A stretch of 64,000 nt of DNA from Alphaproteobacteria bacterium (GTDB lineage: Bacteria; Pseudomonadota; Alphaproteobacteria; SP197), in assembly GCA_965228895.1 (NCBI GenBank), contig OZ245842.1, positions 224,001-288,000 on the forward strand, in the 5' to 3' direction. Positions within the stretch are counted from its first letter, which is position 1. The number at the start of each line of letters is the position of its first letter. The notes under the pieces were generated by a model. The model saw only the letters and a list, made by a program, of their open reading frames with translations, did not search any database and was not told the origin of the DNA. Positions 58,098 through 64,000 of this stretch are shown piece after piece. Position numbers and translations under genes: made by a program.

Positions 58098-59561
58098 TCA
58101 GTCGCCCTGACCACGGGCCAGTTCACGGTCGATATCCTCCTGGGCCGTATCGCGGTAAGTGAAATACGGGAAGGCATCGCCATAGTCGTGGGTGTCGAGA
58201 CCGGCGAGTTCGACCTCGCGCGGCACACGCAACCAGCCCAGCGAGTCCAGGATCTTCGACACAACCCAACATGGGATGAAGCCGAGCACCCAGAACATGA
58301 TGATGGCGCCGATGAAGTTACCCAGCGGGTTGATGATCGCGATGCCTTCGGGGGTGCTGCCGAACAGGCCCTGGACTTCGCCCATGACGTTGGACGGGTA
58401 GCCCCAAAGCATGAAGCCGGCGATGACCGTGCCGAGGAAACCGGCATAGCCATGCACCGCGACCGCGCCGACCGCATCGTCGATCTTGAACCGACGCTCG
58501 ACCCAATAGTGCATCTTGTAGGCGAACCAGACACCGACCATCGCGATCAACATGGCTTCGATCGGATGATAGAGGTCGTTGCCCGCCGACGCACAAATGA
58601 TGCCCGCCAGACCACCCGAATAACTCCAGAACGGATCGCCGCGGCTCACCATGTAACCCGCGAGCAGACCGCCGGACAGCGACATCAGGAAGTTGAACGT
58701 GATCGCCGACAAGGTTGTCGGTGTCAGATAGATGTTCGTAGCGGTGAAGTACGGTTCAGCGCCCTCAAGGCCTAGAACAGCGCCATTGAAGTCGATGATC
58801 GGGATGTTGCAGGCCGCGTAGAAACCCCAGAAGCCCGTATAGATCAGGAACAGGCCGACCGTGACGAGCCACGGATTGTTCTTCGGGAAATCGCGCGGCG
58901 TGCCGTCCGCGGCGAACTTGCCGAGACGTGGGCCGAGCACCACCAAGATGGCGAGCGCCGAGCCGCCGGCAATGCCGTGCACCACCGATGACGCGTAGGC
59001 GTCGTGGTAGCCCAAGAGCTGCACCATCCAACCGTTGTAGGACCAGCCCCAGGCCGCGTCGATGATCCACGTTACCGAGCCGACCAAGACAGCCAGGATC
59101 AGGAATCCCTGGGTCTTGATGCGCTCGATCACCGCGCCGGACACGATCGAGGCCGTGGTCCACGAGAACAGCAGGAAGGCCGCCCAGAACACACCGTTGA
59201 TTCGCGACCACCAGCCGTGATCATCCACGGTCAAGCTACCGGTCTGAACTGTGATCTCCCCACCCAGGTGGGTACCCATCATTTCCGACCAGGGCAGGGC
59301 CCAAGGCGCTTCACTGAATCCGCCCATGAACGGGAAGTACGGAAACGCGAAATAGATCCACCAGCCGAAGAAGAAGAACGTGATGGTCACCAGCGGGATG
59401 AGCATCGTGTTCTTCATCAACGTGTGCTGGACGTTCTTGCGGCGCGAGGCGCCGACCTCATAGACACAGAATCCGACATGGATCAGGAACATCATCACGA
59501 CCGTGACCCAATAGTAGAATTCCGTGAAGATGACGGTAAGTGAGTCTAAACCGTCAGTCAT
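58098..59561 (-). CDS. Ammonium transporter (Amt) family protein, possibly methylamine-specific
   Basis: SIVSGAVIER, D...VVH, LGPRLG, DDAVGAVAVHG, LRVPREVELAGLD; twin His kept, several pore residues changed. Confidence 0.92.
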   Translation of the reverse strand: MTDGLDSLTVIFTEFYYWVTVVMMFLIHVGFCVYEVGASRRKNVQHTLMKNTMLIPLVTITFFFFGWWIYFAFPYFPFMGGFSEAPWALPWSEMMGTHLGGEITVQTGSLTVDDHGWWSRINGVFWAAFLLFSWTTASIVSGAVIERIKTQGFLILAVLVGSVTWIIDAAWGWSYNGWMVQLLGYHDAYASSVVHGIAGGSALAILVVLGPRLGKFAADGTPRDFPKNNPWLVTVGLFLIYTGFWGFYAACNIPIIDFNGAVLGLEGAEPYFTATNIYLTPTTLSAITFNFLMSLSGGLLAGYMVSRGDPFWSYSGGLAGIICASAGNDLYHPIEAMLIAMVGVWFAYKMHYWVERRFKIDDAVGAVAVHGYAGFLGTVIAGFMLWGYPSNVMGEVQGLFGSTPEGIAIINPLGNFIGAIIMFWVLGFIPCWVVSKILDSLGWLRVPREVELAGLDTHDYGDAFPYFTYRDTAQEDIDRELARGQGD

Positions 59562-59691
59562 TCCCCAGATCCCCCTCGTTTAGTAGCGCATAGTCTCCCA
59601 TCTCGCGGTGTTGTCATGGCCCGCTTCGATGTCGCGCAAAGTCTAGGGAGTTTTTAACCGGCTGCAACTGTGTTGCCATCGGTTATCAACT

Positions 59692-59708
59692 GTTTCACCT
59701 TGGGAAAC
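59692..59708. promoter_or_regulatory. Palindrome in the divergent amt promoter region
   Basis: GTTTC-ACCTTGG-GAAAC inverted repeat in an AT-rich intergenic stretch. Confidence 0.35.
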
Positions 59709-59782
59709 TTTTTGAAGATGTTTGACGTGATGGCAGCCGGTGTTAGAAAACGACCTTGTTTCAAGGGTTTGGTGCAATTTTG

Positions 59783-60358
59783 ATGGTCGAAGACAACAGC
59801 CTGACTGACGCTGGCGCGGCGCTCAGACGCCATTTTTTGGGGTGGCAGTGCCGCATCCGCCAGCATGCCATGCGCCGCGACGCCGGCCGTCCGTCCGATG
59901 GCATGCGCCCGGAACTGCAGCGTATCGACGGCGACGGGCTGGGCCGTATCACCGTGGTGATCTGTGAAGCCGACCCGGATGCGACGACGGATCAGTTCCG
60001 CCACATCGTGCAGCGCACCATGGATCCGCAGGAGCGCTTCAAGAAAGGCGTTCAGTTCCTGTCATCGGCCTATTTCCAGAAGGGCGATACGTTTTGCGAC
60101 GCCCTGCTCGCCCTGTTCGGCGCCGATACGGCGGTGGCGGCAATCCTGGATGACGAGCGGTGCGTGCTGGCCTTTCAACAGTTCAGCCAGAGCTATCGTC
60201 TGCCTTGCCGAGTCGAGCGGCTTGAGCAGGAGGATCGTTTGGCGCAGGCATTGTTGTGGCACAACAGGATGTTCAATCCGAACATCCCGCCTGATGTGTT
60301 ACCCGTCGCCTTTTGGCCGATATGGGATGAGGGAACGGCGTTTCCGCCGGCCGATTGA
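59783..60358 (+). CDS. Hypothetical protein
   Basis: Fills the gap between amt and the OMP gene; globular composition (FLGWQCRIRQ...WHNRMFNP); family not recognised. Confidence 0.7.
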   Translation: MVEDNSLTDAGAALRRHFLGWQCRIRQHAMRRDAGRPSDGMRPELQRIDGDGLGRITVVICEADPDATTDQFRHIVQRTMDPQERFKKGVQFLSSAYFQKGDTFCDALLALFGADTAVAAILDDERCVLAFQQFSQSYRLPCRVERLEQEDRLAQALLWHNRMFNPNIPPDVLPVAFWPIWDEGTAFPPAD

Positions 60359-60369
60359 CGATCGCGCGA

Positions 60370-61062
60370 TCAGAACTGGTATCTGACGGTCACTATCAAA
60401 TCATGAGACGTGATGCGGTCGGAACTAAAGCTCTCGCCGCCGGCCAAGGTGCCGCTGTCGAAGCCGCCTAGGTAGAGAAACCGGTAGGCGGTGCCAAGAT
60501 CCCACTGGTCGCTGAGCAGGTAGTCGATTCCCAAGGTGGCACCAAGGGCCAGGTTGTCGTCGTCGGTCGTCACATTGGTCGTCGCGTTGGTCGCGATCAC
60601 CGTGCGATCGACATCCGATGTGTTTCGCGCCCATCCCATCATGGCGCCGACAAAAGGCCGCCAATCGCTTTCGCCGCGAAACTCGTAGGCCAGACCGAGC
60701 AGCACCGTTGTCGACGACAGATTGTTCTCGTAACCGACCGTCGCTGGCCCGTTGACGGCGCGCAGGTCGATGTCCTGACGGAACCGGTAGCCGACCTCCA
60801 GTTCGGCGCGCAGCGGCACGTCGCCAAATCGGTAGCCGAAGGAGCCTGCCGCACCGGCGGTCGTGTCGTCGTCATGGTTGATCAGCAGGGTGCCAGCCAA
60901 ACCTGACGCGGTGATCTTGCGCACGTTGGTGTAGCCACCAAAAGCGCTAACGCCGATGTAGAAGCCGGCGTCGTCGCCGACAGCCCGGTCCGGCAGCCAC
61001 ACGCCAAGAGTCGCAAGGCACGCGGCGATTGCCATGGCCTTGCGGAGTTTGCCCCCGATCAT
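60370..61062 (-). CDS. Outer membrane beta-barrel protein (opacity/OmpW-like)
   Basis: Signal peptide, GFYIG, LRAELEVGYR, PFVGA, AYRFLYLG, C-terminal VRYQF (BAM signal). Confidence 0.8.
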   Translation of the reverse strand: MIGGKLRKAMAIAACLATLGVWLPDRAVGDDAGFYIGVSAFGGYTNVRKITASGLAGTLLINHDDDTTAGAAGSFGYRFGDVPLRAELEVGYRFRQDIDLRAVNGPATVGYENNLSSTTVLLGLAYEFRGESDWRPFVGAMMGWARNTSDVDRTVIATNATTNVTTDDDNLALGATLGIDYLLSDQWDLGTAYRFLYLGGFDSGTLAGGESFSSDRITSHDLIVTVRYQF

Positions 61063-61402
61063 CGCGAATCCGCCCCCCTGGCCCCGCATAGATAAGCACC
61101 AGCTATCGGCAATATCGGTTCGACGTCAAAGGCTAATGTTCAATAGTCGACAAATGCCACGCTCTGGAGACCATCGGTGCGCAAAACCAAAACGGGTCGA
61201 TCGAAGCCCTTCATGCCAGCAGAATCATCCGTCATACTCTCTCTGGGCACACCGAGTCTTTCCGTGTGCTGGTGCAGGACCGTTTGGGCCATTGGCAATC
61301 CGAAACGTCAATCTTGTGCCGCATTTGCTGGATAGAGACCGATCGGTGCCCCACGTCTTGTTGGACGTGGTGATCATCGGACTCTGGGACGGGGGAAGAA
61401 AA

Positions 61403-61564
61403 ATGATTGATCATTATCGTAAGTTATTTTTTGCTTTGATCGCAGCGATGGCGCTGGGACTTGGTGTTGCCGCGTGCGACGACGGCGGTTCCGGTGACAG
61501 CGGGTCGAGTGATAGCGAGACTTCCAGCGGTGACTCCGGAAGCAGCGACGCTGGCAGTAGTTAA
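61403..61564 (+). CDS. Small putative lipoprotein with Ser/Gly/Asp-rich mature part
   Basis: GGGGGAAG RBS; MIDHYRKLFFALIAAMALGLGVAA-C lipobox then DDGGSGDSGSSDSETSSGDSGSSDAGSS; terminator downstream. Confidence 0.65.
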   Translation: MIDHYRKLFFALIAAMALGLGVAACDDGGSGDSGSSDSETSSGDSGSSDAGSS

Positions 61565-61607
61565 CGACAGCGGCGTTTGATCCGCCGCTTTCTTGAGCCA
61601 GAGAAGC

Positions 61608-61645
61608 AAAAAGGCTCCGGACGTCGCACCGTCCGGAGCCTTTTT
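61608..61645. terminator. Bidirectional rho-independent terminator
   Basis: AAAAAGGCTCCGGACG-TCGCAC-CGTCCGGAGCCTTTTT between convergent genes. Confidence 0.88.
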
Positions 61646-61668
61646 CGTAATGGTCTGGTGACCGTTAT

Positions 61669-62058
61669 CTAGAACTTTCGATAGGCCTTGTTGAGATCGC
61701 GCATGGGATGGCGATCCGACATCTGGAACTTGATCAACAGTTCCCGCGCGATCATGTCGCGGTCCTGCTGGTTGTCAGGCAGCTCCATGTCATCGGGCAG
61801 GCGAATCCAGCCGTTGGCGTTGCGATCAAACACCGCCGGGCTGCCCTCTTCGTAGCCCATGTGGACGTCCTCCAACCAATTGAGGTCGTCCCAGCCCATG
61901 ATCTCGATGTAGTCCTTCAGGAACGGCGTGAGCCTTTCATAGTCGGGCAGCAGATTGACATCGTAGCGATAGCCGATGTGCTGGCCGATGACCTTCTCGC
62001 GTTCCGTGTCGAGACCGTCGGTCTTCAGAAAATGGTCGATATCCTTGACGTCGCTCAT
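61669..62058 (-). CDS. Hypothetical protein at the end of the mgs operon
   Basis: GGAG RBS, 13 bp after the mgsC-like stop; 129 aa acidic soluble protein; followed by terminator. Confidence 0.8.
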   Translation of the reverse strand: MSDVKDIDHFLKTDGLDTEREKVIGQHIGYRYDVNLLPDYERLTPFLKDYIEIMGWDDLNWLEDVHMGYEEGSPAVFDRNANGWIRLPDDMELPDNQQDRDMIARELLIKFQMSDRHPMRDLNKAYRKF

Positions 62059-62071
62059 CGAGGCATCTCCC

Positions 62072-63445
62072 TTAGAGGTGGTGATAGTCGGCGACGCCGA
62101 CCGTGTGGTTGGTGCCGGCCAGGGGCACGCCCGCCATGGCGGACGCTTCCATGGTGAGAGCCGCCAGATCTTCCGGCTCCAGGCTGTGCACATTGGTCTT
62201 GCCGCAGGCGCGCGCCATCATCTGACACTCGATGGTGAGGGTGTGCAGGATGTTATAGACGCGCTCGGCCGCATCGTCGGGGTTGAGGCGCTTCCTGAGC
62301 TCCTCGTCCTGGGTCGCAACGCCCACCGGACAACGGCCGGTATGGCAGTGATAGCAGTAGCCGGCGGGAACCCCGATGGTGCCTTCGTAGTCGGCCTCCG
62401 GGATATCCTTGTTGCAGTTCAGCGCCATCATCGCCGTGGTGCCGATTGCAACGGCATCGGCGCCCAGCGCAATCGCCTTGGCCAGATCGCCGCCGTTACG
62501 GACACCGCCGGCGTAGATCAGCGTGATCTCGCCGCGCTTGCCCAGATCGTCGATCGCACGACGCGCCTGACGGATCGCCGCGATACCCGGCACGCCGGTC
62601 TCCTCGGTCGCCAGGTGCGGGCCGGCGCCGGTCGAGCCTTCCATGCCATCGATATAAATGGAGTCGGGATCGCACTTCACGGCCATACGCACGTCGTCAT
62701 ACACGCGCGCCGCGCCCAGCTTGAGCTGGATCGGGATCTGGTGATCGGTGGCTTCGCGGATCTCCTGGATTTTCAGCGCCAGATCGTCCGGACCCAGCCA
62801 GTCGGGGTGACGGGCCGGCGAACGCTGGTCGATGCCGGCCGGCAACGAGCGCATTTCGGCGACCTGGTCGGTCACCTTCTGGCCCATCAAATGGCCGCCC
62901 AGGCCGACCTTGCAGCCCTGGCCGATGAAAAACTCGCAGCCGTCGGCCAGCAGCAGATGGTGCGGGTTGAAGCCATAGCGGGACTGGATGCACTGATAGA
63001 ACCACTTCTCGGAGAAGCGGCGCTCGTCGGGGATCATGCCGCCTTCACCCGAACACGTCGCCGAGCCCGCCATGGTGGCGCCACGCGCCAGCGCGGTCTT
63101 GGCTTCGTAGCTCAGCGCGCCGAAGCTCATGCCGGTGATATAGACCGGTATATCGAGCTCGATCGGGCGCTTGGCGCGTGGGCCGATGACCGTCTTGGTA
63201 TCGCACTTCTCGCGATACCCTTCGATCACGAAGCGGGTCAGTGTGCCCGGCAGGAACGTCAAGTCGTCCCATGTCGGAATCTGCTTGAACAGCGCCATGC
63301 CGCGCATGCGGTAACGGCCCAGTTCGGCCTTGATGTGGATGTCGTCGACGACACGCGGCGTGAACAGGAAGTTCTCGCCCAGGATATCCTTGTTGCGGGT
63401 CGCGCCCGGTGCGTGCTCGGTGACGTCTTCTTTTGCTTTCGCCAT
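62072..63445 (-). CDS. mgsC: FMN-binding glutamate synthase family protein; N-methylglutamate synthase subunit C (MgsC/GlxD)
   Basis: EGYREKC, GMSFGALS, GEGGM, GQGCKVGLGGHL, DQRSPARHPDWLGPDDL, CYHCHTGRCPVGVATQ; adjacent to a stand-alone GXGXG subunit. Confidence 0.82.
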   Translation of the reverse strand: MAKAKEDVTEHAPGATRNKDILGENFLFTPRVVDDIHIKAELGRYRMRGMALFKQIPTWDDLTFLPGTLTRFVIEGYREKCDTKTVIGPRAKRPIELDIPVYITGMSFGALSYEAKTALARGATMAGSATCSGEGGMIPDERRFSEKWFYQCIQSRYGFNPHHLLLADGCEFFIGQGCKVGLGGHLMGQKVTDQVAEMRSLPAGIDQRSPARHPDWLGPDDLALKIQEIREATDHQIPIQLKLGAARVYDDVRMAVKCDPDSIYIDGMEGSTGAGPHLATEETGVPGIAAIRQARRAIDDLGKRGEITLIYAGGVRNGGDLAKAIALGADAVAIGTTAMMALNCNKDIPEADYEGTIGVPAGYCYHCHTGRCPVGVATQDEELRKRLNPDDAAERVYNILHTLTIECQMMARACGKTNVHSLEPEDLAALTMEASAMAGVPLAGTNHTVGVADYHHL

Positions 63446-63470
63446 GTTCTAACTCCTGAGAAGACCGCCC

Positions 63471-64000
63471 CTAAAGGACGATCTTCTTCTCCGACGGCTC
63501 GAGGTTGTCGTAGTTCCAAAGCTGCTTGCCGGCCACGATCTTGGTCAGGTTCTCGACGCCGTTCGGCGCCTCCATGCCGTACATCTTCAGCTTGCGCTCC
63601 AGCCATGCCTTGTCGAGTTCGGTCATCTCGCCTTCGACCGCGTCAACGCCGAGGCCTTCGATCTTGCCGCCGACAAAGATCGTGCCGTCATACATGGAGT
63701 CGCCGAGGTTCTTGCCGGCATCACCCAAAACGACCATCCGACCGCGCTGCATCATGAAGCCGGAGAACGCACCGGTGCGTCCGCCAACGATGATGGTGCC
63801 GCCCTTCTGGTCGATACCCGTGCGCGAGCCGACATCGCCCTTGCAGACGAGATCGCCGCCGCGGATCGCGGCGCCGAAGGTGGAGCCGGCGTTCTTTTCG
63901 ATGACGACCGTGCCGGCCATCATGTTCTCCGCGCACGACCAGCCGACGCGGCCGGTGACACGCACGTTCGGCCCGTCGATCAGGCCGACGCCGAAGTAAC
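63471..64000 (-). CDS. mgsB: GXGXG-domain protein; N-methylglutamate synthase subunit B (MgsB/GlxC), 5'-truncated by the window
   Basis: Frame open to the window edge (YFGVGLIDGPNV...); GWSCAENMMAG, GIDQKGG, GDAGKNLGDSMYDG. Confidence 0.8.
   Translation of the reverse strand, partial: YFGVGLIDGPNVRVTGRVGWSCAENMMAGTVVIEKNAGSTFGAAIRGGDLVCKGDVGSRTGIDQKGGTIIVGGRTGAFSGFMMQRGRMVVLGDAGKNLGDSMYDGTIFVGGKIEGLGVDAVEGEMTELDKAWLERKLKMYGMEAPNGVENLTKIVAGKQLWNYDNLEPSEKKIVL

Noticed and set aside
61034-61402. 176-aa version of the lipoprotein ORF
   Set aside because: The upstream part overlaps the divergent OMP start and lacks coding character; RBS and signal peptide point to the ATG at 61403.
61976-63757. 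593-aa plus-strand ORF
   Set aside because: Antisense shadow of mgsC/mgsB.
1-64000. tRNA, rRNA, prophage, integrase, transposase or defence genes
   Set aside because: None recognised by eye; intergenic regions are short and mostly explained by promoters, terminators or the repeat family.

Overview
High-GC alphaproteobacterial chromosomal segment (gene order resembles Rhodospirillales-type free-living, probably marine, bacteria; the taxonomy is inferred). It holds about 70 tightly packed CDS. I recognised no rRNA, tRNA, CRISPR array, integrase or transposase. Core blocks: MoxR-DUF58-DUF4159 operon, cca, hemF-trmL, petABC-mtnP-apt, prs-rplY-pth-ychF, nhaA, lgt-NDUFAF7-pgeF, proC, petP/petR/EnvZ-like-ilvE, uvrC-pgsA-moeA-moaDE. 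Accessory blocks: (1-9.6 kb) divergent Rieske oxygenases with a TetR regulator, sbmA/bacA, and a catabolic operon with an atypical M17 peptidase beside a non-canonical TrpF-fold gene; (55.9-64 kb) a methylamine/C1 region with N-methylglutamate synthase genes, an Amt with a remodelled pore plus a small membrane protein, and fhs. The most striking non-coding signal is a dispersed ~138-140 bp double-hairpin element (6 near-complete copies and 1 fragment) with TA-GAGC...GCTC-TA ends. It keeps a fixed geometry, shows extensive compensatory base changes, and supplies the stop codon of four genes. All calls come from motif reading and recalled family knowledge; no database searches were run.
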